Source: Thermoplasmata archaeon
GTDB lineage: Archaea > Thermoplasmatota > Thermoplasmata > Lutacidiplasmatales > UBA184
Assembly (NCBI GenBank): GCA_035625165.1
Contig: DASPQC010000003.1
Coordinates: 2,101 to 66,100, forward strand
Direction of reading: 5' to 3'
DNA length: 64,000 bases
Shown: positions 8,297 to 16,901 of the stretch, piece after piece
Layout: every line of letters starts with the position of its first letter
Position numbering within the stretch: the stretch's first letter is position 1
Made by a program: the position numbers and the translations under genes
The notes under the pieces: generated by a model
The model's database searches: none
Told to the model about the DNA's origin: nothing
Seen by the model: only the letters and a program-made list of their open reading frames with translations

Positions 8297-10252
8297 ATGG
8301 CCGGATTCGAGGTCCTTGAACGGGACGGACTCGCCCGTTTGGGGCGGTTCGACACCCCGCATGGAGCTGTCGATACCCCGGTCCTCCTACCGGTCGTGCA
8401 CCCCGACCCGGACCGGCAGCCGATTCCGCCTTCGGAGCTCTCGGCCCGACTCGGTCTGAAGGCTGTGATCACCTCCTCCTACATCACTTGGCGAACGCCT
8501 CCGCTGCGGGCGGTCGCCGAAAGCAGCGGGATCCACGGCCTCCTCCGGTTCTCGGGGCCGGTGATGACTGACTCCGGTGCCTTCCAGCAACACGCGTACG
8601 GGTCGGTCGAGGTCGATGCCGACGAGATCGTCGACTTCCAAGCGAAGATCGGCTCGGACATCGCGACCGTACTGGACGTCTTCACCGAACCGGACCTCCC
8701 GTTCGCCGAGGCCGAGGCGGCCCTCGCCACCACGGTAGAGCGCGCGCAACGGGCCCGAAAGCGATGGCCCGGTCTCCTCGCGGTGCCGGTCCAGGGAGGC
8801 GACCATGCCGAGCTCCGCGCCCGCTCCGCGGCGGCCGCGAGTGCCCTCGGCGACGTTCTCGCGGTCGGGGGGGTGGTGCCGCTGATGGAGCAGTACCGCT
8901 TCGCGGAGCTCGCCCGCGCGCTCGCCGCGGCGCGACCGGCGCTATCGCCCGGCGCCGCCCTTCACCTCTTTGGCACCGGCCACCCGATGACGTTCGCGTT
9001 CGCTGCGCTGTTCGGAGTCGACCTGTTCGATTCGTCGGCGTACCACAAGTTCGCTCGGCGGGACTCGCTCATGTTCCCGGAAGGCACGGTGACCCTCGAA
9101 GATATCCGCGAGCCGGTCTGCCACTGCGCCCTCTGCGCGGCCACTCCGCTCACCGAGGTCCGCGGGTGGGTCGCTCGCGACCGGGAGCGGCACCTCGCGT
9201 TCCACAACCTGGTCATGTCGGCAGAGGAGGTCGGCCGGGTCCGCCAGGCGATTCGGGACGGGACCCTCTGGGAGCTGGCCGAGCGCCGCGCGACCGCCCA
9301 CCCCGCGCTCCGCGCCGGTCTCGCCGAAGCTCGCCGGCACCTCGAGGTGTTCCTCCCGGCCGAACCGGAAAGCCGGCGGGCCTTCCGCGAGGTCGGACCC
9401 GAGAGCCGCGACCGACCCGCGGCGGTACGGTTCCGCGACCGCGTGAGCGCCTACCGGGCGGGGCGCGGGGCTCCGCTGAAGCTGCCCCGGGTCGCACTTC
9501 GCCCCGAGTACCTCCGCCACGTTCCGGCCGAGGATCGATCGGGCGCGCCGATCCACTGGGAGGTGCCGACGCCGCTCGGCGACGTGCCGCTGGAGCTCTC
9601 GGAGGTCTATCCCGTCGGGCCGTACCTCGGGATCGAGGAGTTCGTCCATCCTCCCCGCCACCACCCGCCCTCGGATGTCCCCCGCGCCGTCGCGGAACGG
9701 ACGGAGTTGGACGTCGAGACAGAGCGGGACTGGACGGACGCCTGGACCGATCGGCAGGTGGACGGGCTCCTGTCGTTCCAGTACGGGAGTTCGGTGGCGA
9801 ACGCCCTGAGGACGACCGTGCGCGGGGAGCGATCGCGCCGTTCCGGGCGACTGCGGGCGATCCTCGCGGACGAGGGGCCGCTGTTCATGGTCGGGACGGA
9901 CGGGCTCCCTCACCCAACCTTCCGTGGAGGGAAGCGCCTTCACCGGTTGCTGGGGGCCGGTCGCTGGCGGGTGGTCGCCACCGACGACGCCGTTCCGTTC
10001 GTGCGCGAGGGACGGAGCCTCTTCACCCGGTTCGTAGCCGGGGCCGACCGGTTGCTCTCTCCCGGGACGACCGCGCTGGTCGTGGATGCGAAGGACGAGC
10101 TCTTGGCGGTGGGACGCCTCGTTCTCGCGCCCCACGAGATGCCACAGATGAAACGGGGCGTGGCGGTCCGGATCACGGCCCACGCGGCGGAGCCGGTCCC
10201 TGCAGAACCGGAAGAGCCCGAGCTACCGGCCTGGCCGCCGGAGTCGGGTTGA
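8297..10252 (+). CDS. tgtA: Archaeosine tRNA-guanine transglycosylase (ArcTGT) with C-terminal PUA domain
   Basis: 651 aa. N-terminus FEVLERDGLARLGRFDTPHG, TIM-barrel TGT core, Zn site CHCALC...H, and long C-terminal extension domains ending in a PUA-like region (archaeal architecture). Confidence 0.9.
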   Translation: MAGFEVLERDGLARLGRFDTPHGAVDTPVLLPVVHPDPDRQPIPPSELSARLGLKAVITSSYITWRTPPLRAVAESSGIHGLLRFSGPVMTDSGAFQQHAYGSVEVDADEIVDFQAKIGSDIATVLDVFTEPDLPFAEAEAALATTVERAQRARKRWPGLLAVPVQGGDHAELRARSAAAASALGDVLAVGGVVPLMEQYRFAELARALAAARPALSPGAALHLFGTGHPMTFAFAALFGVDLFDSSAYHKFARRDSLMFPEGTVTLEDIREPVCHCALCAATPLTEVRGWVARDRERHLAFHNLVMSAEEVGRVRQAIRDGTLWELAERRATAHPALRAGLAEARRHLEVFLPAEPESRRAFREVGPESRDRPAAVRFRDRVSAYRAGRGAPLKLPRVALRPEYLRHVPAEDRSGAPIHWEVPTPLGDVPLELSEVYPVGPYLGIEEFVHPPRHHPPSDVPRAVAERTELDVETERDWTDAWTDRQVDGLLSFQYGSSVANALRTTVRGERSRRSGRLRAILADEGPLFMVGTDGLPHPTFRGGKRLHRLLGAGRWRVVATDDAVPFVREGRSLFTRFVAGADRLLSPGTTALVVDAKDELLAVGRLVLAPHEMPQMKRGVAVRITAHAAEPVPAEPEEPELPAWPPESG

Positions 10253-10315
10253 CCGAGTGAGCTTTTAATCGCCGGGGGCCCCTTACCGACGGCCGGCCGG
10301 GTCCGGTCGTTTCCG

Positions 10316-10546
10316 ATGACCAAGACGTTCCTCCTCCTCCAGCTCGACAGCGAAGGAGCCCCGTTCTCCGAGGTCGCTTCCCTTCTCGAGGACATGGGCT
10401 TCCGCCCCGAGAGCGAGGGGTACGACTTCGTCTATGACTGGGGCCGGCCGGTGACGGTCCACGAGTCCCTTGCGTTCGCGGACCGGATCCAGGCGGCGCT
10501 CCGAGGCTCTCGCGTCTGCTTTCGCCTGGAATCGACCGACGAGTGA
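10316..10546 (+). CDS. Hypothetical small acidic protein (76 aa)
   Basis: GC3-rich ORF in an otherwise empty gap. I recognise no family. Confidence 0.4.
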   Translation: MTKTFLLLQLDSEGAPFSEVASLLEDMGFRPESEGYDFVYDWGRPVTVHESLAFADRIQAALRGSRVCFRLESTDE

Positions 10547-10584
10547 CGGCGCAACCGACGGGACCCCTGGAGGGGCGCCGCGCA

Positions 10585-10962
10585 TTATATCCGGGAGTTC
10601 GGCGGACGGCGGCTGAGGTCGGTCATGATCCGGTCGTACTGCTCTCGGGTGATCTCCCCCCGGGCATACCGCGCTCGCGCGATCATCACCGCGCGGTCCC
10701 GATAAGGACCCCCCGGGCCGGCGCCCTGCCACCGGCGGGCCCGGCTCGTCCACCACGCCATCCGGACCGCGAAGAACGCGACCCACAGCACCAGGAAGAC
10801 CAGAAGGAGGCCGCCGAACGGCCAGAAGAACCGACCGTGGTCCGACGACGAGTAGGTCTGCCACTGCCAGATGACGAAGAACGCCACCACCGCCACGAGC
10901 GCGAGCGAGACTCCCAGGACCACCCACATCCATCCCGTTCGGCGCTGAGCGTAGGGACCCAT
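10585..10962 (-). CDS. Membrane protein with C-terminal SHOCT domain
   Basis: Two or three hydrophobic spans followed by ARYARGEITREQYDRIMTDL, the SHOCT short oligomerisation motif. Confidence 0.65.
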   Translation of the reverse strand: MGPYAQRRTGWMWVVLGVSLALVAVVAFFVIWQWQTYSSSDHGRFFWPFGGLLLVFLVLWVAFFAVRMAWWTSRARRWQGAGPGGPYRDRAVMIARARYARGEITREQYDRIMTDLSRRPPNSRI

Positions 10963-11048
10963 GTTTGTCAGGGAAGGATGGCGAGAGGAGGTATCTCAAG
11001 CTGTGTCCCGAGGAGCCGGACCGGCGCCCGGCCCCGGGCAGCCGCCCG

Positions 11049-11055
11049 TTATAAT
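11049..11055 (+). promoter_or_regulatory. TATA-like box (TTATAAT) for kae1
   Basis: Centred about 25 nt upstream of ATG 11077. Supports the internal start and a leaderless mRNA. Confidence 0.4.
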
Positions 11056-11076
11056 CGCAGCACCGCTCCCCCGGCG

Positions 11077-12063
11077 ATGGTCCTCCTCGGGATCGAATCG
11101 ACCGCGCACACCGCGTCGGTCGGCATCGTGGACGACCGCGCCCAGGTGCTGTCGCTCGCGACCGACATGTACCGCCCCGCCCAGGGAGGGATCCATCCGC
11201 GAGAGGCGGCGAACCACCACGTGGAGGTCCTCCCGCGCCTCGTGACGCAAGCGCTCGAGTCCGCCCACGTTCGTCCGTCGGAGGTCGAGGCGGTCGCCTT
11301 CTCCCAGGGACCCGGTCTCGGTCCCTGCCTCCGGGCGGGAGCGACCGTCGCCCGGATGCTCTCCCTCGCGTGGGAGCGACCGCTCGTGCCCGTGAACCAT
11401 TGCGTTGCGCACGTGGAGATCGCCCGGGTGCTGAGCGGGCTCGACGACCCCCTCCTCCTCTATGCGAGCGGGGGCAACACCCAGGTCATCGCCTACTTCA
11501 AGGGCCGTTACCGGGTCCTGGGCGAGACCCTCGACATCGGGATCGGGAATTTCATCGACAAGCTATGGATCGAGCTCGGCGGGACGTTCCCCGGCGGCCC
11601 GGCCCTCGAGCTCGAGGCAAGGCAGAGCTCTCACCTCCTCCCCCTCCCCTACTCGGTCCACGGAATGGACGTCGCCTTCTCGGGGATGCTGACCGCGAGC
11701 CTGGCGCTCTTTGGGAAAGGAGTCTCCCGCCCTGACCTCGCCTACTCGGTCGAAGTGACCGCGTACGCGATGCTCACGGAAATCACGGAGCGGGCGCTCG
11801 CTCACCGACGACGGGACTCGGTGGTCCTCGGGGGAGGGGTCGCCTGCAACGAACGTCTGCGCGAGATGGTACGGGCGATGGTCGAAGGGCGCGGAGGGCG
11901 GATGTTCGCCCCGCCGCGCGCGCTGTGCGTCGACAACGGCGCGATGATCGCCTGGACGGGCCGGTTGGCGCTCGCCTCCCACGTGACCGTGCCGATCGAG
12001 GCGTCCGCCGTTCAACCCCGGCAGCGGACCGACCTCGTCGACACGCCGTGGCGGGGAAGCTGA
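11077..12063 (+). CDS. kae1: tRNA N6-adenosine threonylcarbamoyltransferase Kae1
   Basis: MVLLGIESTAHTASVGIV start, metal-binding NHCVAHVE, GGGVACNERLREM near the C-terminus. No Bud32 fusion. The first 178 codons of the track ORF (10543..) are Arg/Pro-rich read-through. Confidence 0.9.
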   Translation: MVLLGIESTAHTASVGIVDDRAQVLSLATDMYRPAQGGIHPREAANHHVEVLPRLVTQALESAHVRPSEVEAVAFSQGPGLGPCLRAGATVARMLSLAWERPLVPVNHCVAHVEIARVLSGLDDPLLLYASGGNTQVIAYFKGRYRVLGETLDIGIGNFIDKLWIELGGTFPGGPALELEARQSSHLLPLPYSVHGMDVAFSGMLTASLALFGKGVSRPDLAYSVEVTAYAMLTEITERALAHRRRDSVVLGGGVACNERLREMVRAMVEGRGGRMFAPPRALCVDNGAMIAWTGRLALASHVTVPIEASAVQPRQRTDLVDTPWRGS

Positions 12064-12081
12064 GGGGCGAATCGGCGGGGG

Positions 12082-12087
12082 TTATTA
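12082..12087 (+). promoter_or_regulatory. TATA-like box (TTATTA)
   Basis: Centred about 25 nt upstream of GTG 12110. Confidence 0.35.
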
Positions 12088-12109
12088 CGCCCCCCGCGCT
12101 CGGCGCGCC

Positions 12110-13351
12110 GTGGACGAGGTCGACGTCCTCATCGTCGGCGCCGGTCCCGCGGGCTCCACCGCGGCGGCCCGACTCTCGGCCCGCGGTCACCGGGTGCTGG
12201 TCATCGAGGAACACGGGACGGTCGGCCAGCCGGTGCAATGCGCCGGCCTCGTCTCGCGTCGGGTCCTCGACCTCGCCGGCTCCACCTCGATGGTGCGGGC
12301 CCCGGTGCGGGGAGCGGCCGTCTTCGGTCCGAGCCTCGGCGACATCACGTTCCGCGCGGCGGAGCCGCGCGCTTTTGCCATCGACCGCGCGGGACTGGAC
12401 GTCTACCTCGCCGACCGCGCGGCAAAGGCCGGCGCCACCGTGGAGACCGGTACCCGTTTCGACGGGCTCTCGGGACCGGTGGACCGACGGGCCATGGCGC
12501 ACCTCACGATCGTACACGGCGGTACCCGCGAGGTCGCCGCGAAGCTGATCATCGGGGCCGACGGAGTCACGAGCGCGGTCGCCCGGGCCTTCCGACTGCG
12601 GCGGCCGGTCGAGATCCTACCGGCGTTCGAAGCGGAATATGGGAAGAGCCCGGGTGACCCCGAGCTGGTTGAGGTCTACCTGGGGCGGCGGTTCGCCCCG
12701 GGCCTCTTCGGCTGGTGGATTCCGGACGGGTCGGGCGGGGCCCGCATCGGTATTGCCGCCGACGCCGACGGCACGTCGGCCCGCGAGTACTTCGGTCGGT
12801 TGGTCACCCAGGTCGAGCGTCGGTTCGGACGGTCGCTCCCTCCCCCCGTCTCGTACCTCGCCTCGGGGATTCCCATCGGCGCCGTTCCCCGGACCTCGGG
12901 GCCTCGGGTCCTCCTGGTCGGGGACGCAGCCGCCCAGGTGAAGCCCCTCTCGGGCGGTGGGATTTTCACCGGCATGCGATGCGCGGAGATCGCCGCGGAC
13001 GTCGCCGACCGCGCGCTCCGCGCCGACGACCTCTCCGCCCACGCGCTCTCCGCGTACGAGCACGCATGGCGAGCGGAGTTCGGAGAGGAGTTCCGACGGG
13101 CCCTCTACCTCCGCCGGGTCTTCACCCGACTCTCGGACCGCGACCTGGACGCGCTCATCGCGGCGCTCAAGGGCGGGCGGCTCGCCGAGACGATCGTCGC
13201 GTTCGGCGACATCGACTTCCCGACCCACGTCGCGCGCGAGCTCCTCCGGGAGTCGCCCGCCCTGGTCCGCCTGCTCCCGAAGGCCCTCGGGGCCTGGATG
13301 GGTTCGGACGCCTACCGCGTCCCCCCGCTCGACCCGCCCCGACGGAAATAG
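12110..13351 (+). CDS. Geranylgeranyl reductase family flavoprotein
   Basis: FAD fingerprint VLIVGAGPAGS, VQCAGLVS, GDAAAQVKPLSGGGI. The length (413 aa) is typical of archaeal GGR. Confidence 0.85.
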   Translation: MDEVDVLIVGAGPAGSTAAARLSARGHRVLVIEEHGTVGQPVQCAGLVSRRVLDLAGSTSMVRAPVRGAAVFGPSLGDITFRAAEPRAFAIDRAGLDVYLADRAAKAGATVETGTRFDGLSGPVDRRAMAHLTIVHGGTREVAAKLIIGADGVTSAVARAFRLRRPVEILPAFEAEYGKSPGDPELVEVYLGRRFAPGLFGWWIPDGSGGARIGIAADADGTSAREYFGRLVTQVERRFGRSLPPPVSYLASGIPIGAVPRTSGPRVLLVGDAAAQVKPLSGGGIFTGMRCAEIAADVADRALRADDLSAHALSAYEHAWRAEFGEEFRRALYLRRVFTRLSDRDLDALIAALKGGRLAETIVAFGDIDFPTHVARELLRESPALVRLLPKALGAWMGSDAYRVPPLDPPRRK

Positions 13352-14106
13352 ACGTACGCCCCGGCGGCGATCAGCACCACCGCGGCCGCGAGGACCCCGG
13401 CGAGGACCCATTCGTACGTCGAGCTCGACACCAGCACGGCCGTCTCCGGGAGCACGCCCGAGACGCCCAGGATCGAGAGGTTGAGGGTCGCCGACCCGTT
13501 CGGAAGCTGGGTTGCGCGGTCCCAGAGGCTCGCGTTGAACCAGCCACGGGAGGCGAGCCGGTAGGCCGTCCCGTTCTCCTCGAACTCGAGAGCCACTCTC
13601 ACCGCGTAGGTCCCGCTCGGGGTGGACGACGAGGTCACGACCCCGATCAACCCCCGGAACGGAGCTCCAGGACCGAGGGTCCCCACCGTCACGTTCGCGG
13701 TCGGACCCGATGTCGTCGGGGTGGTGAGCACCGGGGCTCCCGCGACCGGGATGAACGAGGTCGCGTTGCCCGGGAATCCGTTGAACGCGTAGACCCCGAA
13801 CGAGAGCTGCACGGAGGACAGGGAGGCCGCCATCGGGTCGGAGACGGTGTACTCGAGGCTCCCCGTCGTCCCCGGGGCGAGGGAGGGGGCCGTCAGGTTC
13901 CCCACGAAATCGCGGTCGAGGCTCGTGTTGAGGGGTGGGTAGCCCCCAGAGGGCGAGGTGGCGGCCGCCGGGTCCGGAGCTGGCCGGAGCGTCGGGGCCC
14001 GTCCCGTGGTGACGGCGACGGCCGGAGCCGTACCGAGGAGGAGCGTGGCCGCGCAGAGGACGGCGAAGACGACCGTGAGGAAAGACATTCGAGACGAGCT
14101 ACTCAC
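13312..14106 (-). CDS. Secreted/anchored surface protein (signal peptide, N-x-S/T rich, C-terminal TM anchor)
   Basis: N-terminal MSFLTVVFAVLCAATLLLGTAPAVA, several sequons (NTS, NLT, NAT, NVT, NGT, NAS, NGS, NLS), C-terminal WVLAGVLAAAVVLIAAGAYVYFRR. Its start overlaps the stop of the upstream protease gene by 8 nt. Confidence 0.6.
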   Translation of the reverse strand: MSSSSRMSFLTVVFAVLCAATLLLGTAPAVAVTTGRAPTLRPAPDPAAATSPSGGYPPLNTSLDRDFVGNLTAPSLAPGTTGSLEYTVSDPMAASLSSVQLSFGVYAFNGFPGNATSFIPVAGAPVLTTPTTSGPTANVTVGTLGPGAPFRGLIGVVTSSSTPSGTYAVRVALEFEENGTAYRLASRGWFNASLWDRATQLPNGSATLNLSILGVSGVLPETAVLVSSSTYEWVLAGVLAAAVVLIAAGAYVYFRRGGSSGGTR

Positions 14107-15010
14107 CGCGTTCCTCCGGAAACTGGCCGCTCTCCGCGAGAGCGACCAGCCGGCGGATCCGCTCGACCGCCTGTCGACGGGCCCGCCGACCGCTGGTGCC
14201 GAGAAGGGCCGCCGCCCCGGTGGAACGGAACGGCGGCTCGGTGCTCACCTTGAACAGCGCTCGCGCGAGGGCGCGGGGTTTCTTCGTGATCGTGACCGCC
14301 TCAAGGTCCGCCCGGAACTCTTCGCGGACGGTGAGACGGTCCGAGAGGAGTGCGAGGACCGGGTCCCATCGCATCATCCGTGCGAAGGTCCGGAAGAAAG
14401 TGAGGTACCGACCATCGAGGCCCCTCACGTGCCCGAGCTCATGGGCGAGGACGGCCTGCCATTCCCGAGGTTCCAACCGGGCCAGGAGCCCTTCCGAGAC
14501 CATGATCACGTCCCGGCGGCGGGGCCGCCCCCTCGAGCCGAGCTCCACCAAGGTGAACGTGAACGCCTCGACCCGCGGAGTGCTGAAGACGAAGAGCGAG
14601 GTGGGAGCCGCGGGGACGGGAATCCCGCCCGGCCAGTTGAGAGGGCGGGGTCGGTAGAGGACGAGCAGGGCCCGAGCCACGCCCTGCGCGAGGAGGAAGG
14701 CGAGCGTGAAAACCAGGAGGGCGCCGACCGCTCCCCACTCCCACGTCGGGAGGGCGCTCGCGACGAAGAGGGAAGAGGGGGAATGGAGGAGCCGGACGAC
14801 CGCGGACCAACCACCGTTCGCGACCACCCAGACGAGCGCCGTGGTCGCGAGGAGCGCCCAGAACCCGAGGAAGGTCGCCGCCAAGCGGAAGACCGTCGCC
14901 GACGCGGACCGCCGGAATGCGATGAAGAGCACCACCCCGACCGCGACCCAGAGGGCGACGGGCAGGTAGAGCACGGCCACCAGGGCGTCCGCCATGAGGC
15001 GTGGGGTCAC
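14099..15010 (-). CDS. BlaR1-like M48/M56 membrane zinc metalloprotease (no extracellular sensor domain)
   Basis: Four or five TM spans, HELGHVRGLD (HExxH), downstream REEFRAD (Glu ligand). GTG start overlaps the BlaI stop (GTGA). Alternative start at ATG 14995. Confidence 0.75.
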   Translation of the reverse strand: MTPRLMADALVAVLYLPVALWVAVGVVLFIAFRRSASATVFRLAATFLGFWALLATTALVWVVANGGWSAVVRLLHSPSSLFVASALPTWEWGAVGALLVFTLAFLLAQGVARALLVLYRPRPLNWPGGIPVPAAPTSLFVFSTPRVEAFTFTLVELGSRGRPRRRDVIMVSEGLLARLEPREWQAVLAHELGHVRGLDGRYLTFFRTFARMMRWDPVLALLSDRLTVREEFRADLEAVTITKKPRALARALFKVSTEPPFRSTGAAALLGTSGRRARRQAVERIRRLVALAESGQFPEERGE

Positions 15011-15411
15011 TCGAGGCCGAGCCGACGGCGGAGCTCGCGCTCCTCCGAGGGGTTAAGCTTCGAGATCTCCTCGTCCAAGTGGACCACTCCGGCGGGGCCG
15101 AACATCGTCACGACGGCCCTGAGGAGGTTCTGGAGGTATTTCTGCTCGACGTCCGCGGGACGGTAAACGTACCGTTCTCCGCCGCGACAGGTCTCCCGCC
15201 GCCGGCGCACGTAGCCTTTGTCGAACAGACGGGAGAGGATGGTAGCGACCGTCGTGTACGCGACCCGGATCCCCCGCGACTCGAGCGAACGGCGGACCTC
15301 TCGTGCGGGCGCCTCGTTCAGCTCGCGGAGGGTCGCCAGAACTTCCGCCTCGAGCGACCCGAGCATCGCGCCTCGGGCGGGGGGAGCCCCTGAGGTTCGC
15401 TTAAGCCCCAC
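15007..15411 (-). CDS. BlaI/MecI/CopY-family (penicillinase-repressor type) wHTH regulator
   Basis: LGSLEAEVLATLREL..APAREVRRSLE...VAYTTVATILSRLFDKGYVRRRR...YVYRP is the family pattern. The start may be the internal Met at 15366. Confidence 0.8.
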   Translation of the reverse strand: MGLKRTSGAPPARGAMLGSLEAEVLATLRELNEAPAREVRRSLESRGIRVAYTTVATILSRLFDKGYVRRRRETCRGGERYVYRPADVEQKYLQNLLRAVVTMFGPAGVVHLDEEISKLNPSEERELRRRLGLE

Positions 15412-15480
15412 GGCCGAGGCGAACGAACGGGTACGAACCGACCGGACTCGGCGGTTCCCCTCGGCGGACCTCTCCCGACA

Positions 15481-15489
15481 AAAGTTAAT
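15481..15489 (+). promoter_or_regulatory. TATA-like box (AAAGTTAAT) for the CBS operon
   Basis: Centred about 26 nt upstream of ATG 15513. Confidence 0.4.
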
Positions 15490-15512
15490 GCGGCATCCCG
15501 GTTCGCTCGGCC

Positions 15513-16895
15513 ATGCCCATGAGCGGAAAGGCCCCCGAGTCGGTCCTCGACCTCATCGGAGACACCCCCCTCGTCCCGTTGAGGAAGGTCACGGCGGGCG
15601 TACCGTACCGCTTCCTCGCGAAGCTCGAGTTCCTGAACCCCGGCGGCTCGGTCAAGGACCGGATCGGACCGTCCATGATCGATGAAGCCGAACGGAAGGG
15701 CCTCCTGAAGCCCGGGGGAACGATTGTCGAGGCGACCAGCGGCAACACCGGTGTCGGGCTCGCGATGGTGGCCGCGGTCCGCGGATACAAGATCGTTTTC
15801 GTCATTCCCGATAAGATGAGCACGGAAAAGATTCGACTGCTCCGTGCGTACGGCGCTCGGGTGGTGGTCACTCCCACCGGGGTCCCTCCGGACCACCCGA
15901 TGAGCCACTACTCGACGGCAAAGCGGCTCGCCCGGGAGATACCGAACGCCTACTACCCGAACCAGTACGAGAACCCCGCCAACGCCGAGGCGCATTACCG
16001 CTCGACCGGCCCCGAGATCGACCGCGATGTTGGGCCGACCCTCGCGGCGGTGATCGGCACGGTCGGAACGGGGGGGACGCTCACCGGTGTTGGTCGGTAC
16101 CTGAAGGAGCATCGACCCTCAGTCAAGGTCGTCGCGGTCGACCCCGCCGGCTCGCTGCTCGGACCCTACTTCAAGACCCATACCCTCGCGACCCCGGTCC
16201 CATACCTCGTGGAGGGGATCGGTGAGGACATGGTCCCGAAGTCGATCGACTTCCAGTACATGGATGACTTCGTGGAAGTGAACGACCGCGAGTCGTTTCA
16301 CATGGCCCGACGCCTGGCCCGCGAGGAGGGCCTCTTCGTCGGTGGCTCCTCGGGGTCGGCGGTGGTCGGCGCGCTGAAGTGGCTGGCCGGCCGGCCCATC
16401 CCGGAGCAGTCCACCGTCGTGGTCCTCCTGCCGGACTCGGGTGACCGGTATCTCTCGAAGTTCTACTCCGACGACTGGATGCGGGAGAAGGGCTTCCTGG
16501 ACGCGGCGGCCTCGGTGCGGGAGCTCCTCTCCCGCAAGTCGCCGACTCCGGCCCTGGTCTCGGCGGACCCGACCACCAAGGTGCGGGACGCGCTCGCGCT
16601 CCTCCGCCGCCATGACATCGGACAGATGCCGGTCCTAGCGGGGCGGCAGAATGTCGGAAGCGTTCAGGAGGACGAGCTCCTCCGCCGGGGGCTCGTGGAC
16701 GAGACGGTTCTCGAACGAACGGTCTCCTCCGTCCTCTCCCCTCGGTTCTCCGAGATTTCCGCGGACGCCCCCGTGGCGGAGGTCCTCCGGACGCTGCGAG
16801 AGGAGCGGGCCCTGCTCGTCCGCGAGCCGGCGACCGGAGAGGCGATCGGGGTGCTCACCCGCCACGACCTGGTCGGCTACCTGTCGGAGGAGTGA
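15513..16895 (+). CDS. Cystathionine beta-synthase (PLP fold-II domain plus C-terminal CBS pair)
   Basis: LNPGGSVKDR (PLP Lys), ATSGNTGVGLA, GTGGT loop, then a ~130-aa Bateman (CBS-CBS) module. Confidence 0.88.
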   Translation: MPMSGKAPESVLDLIGDTPLVPLRKVTAGVPYRFLAKLEFLNPGGSVKDRIGPSMIDEAERKGLLKPGGTIVEATSGNTGVGLAMVAAVRGYKIVFVIPDKMSTEKIRLLRAYGARVVVTPTGVPPDHPMSHYSTAKRLAREIPNAYYPNQYENPANAEAHYRSTGPEIDRDVGPTLAAVIGTVGTGGTLTGVGRYLKEHRPSVKVVAVDPAGSLLGPYFKTHTLATPVPYLVEGIGEDMVPKSIDFQYMDDFVEVNDRESFHMARRLAREEGLFVGGSSGSAVVGALKWLAGRPIPEQSTVVVLLPDSGDRYLSKFYSDDWMREKGFLDAAASVRELLSRKSPTPALVSADPTTKVRDALALLRRHDIGQMPVLAGRQNVGSVQEDELLRRGLVDETVLERTVSSVLSPRFSEISADAPVAEVLRTLREERALLVREPATGEAIGVLTRHDLVGYLSEE

Positions 16896-16901
16896 GGGCC
16901 G

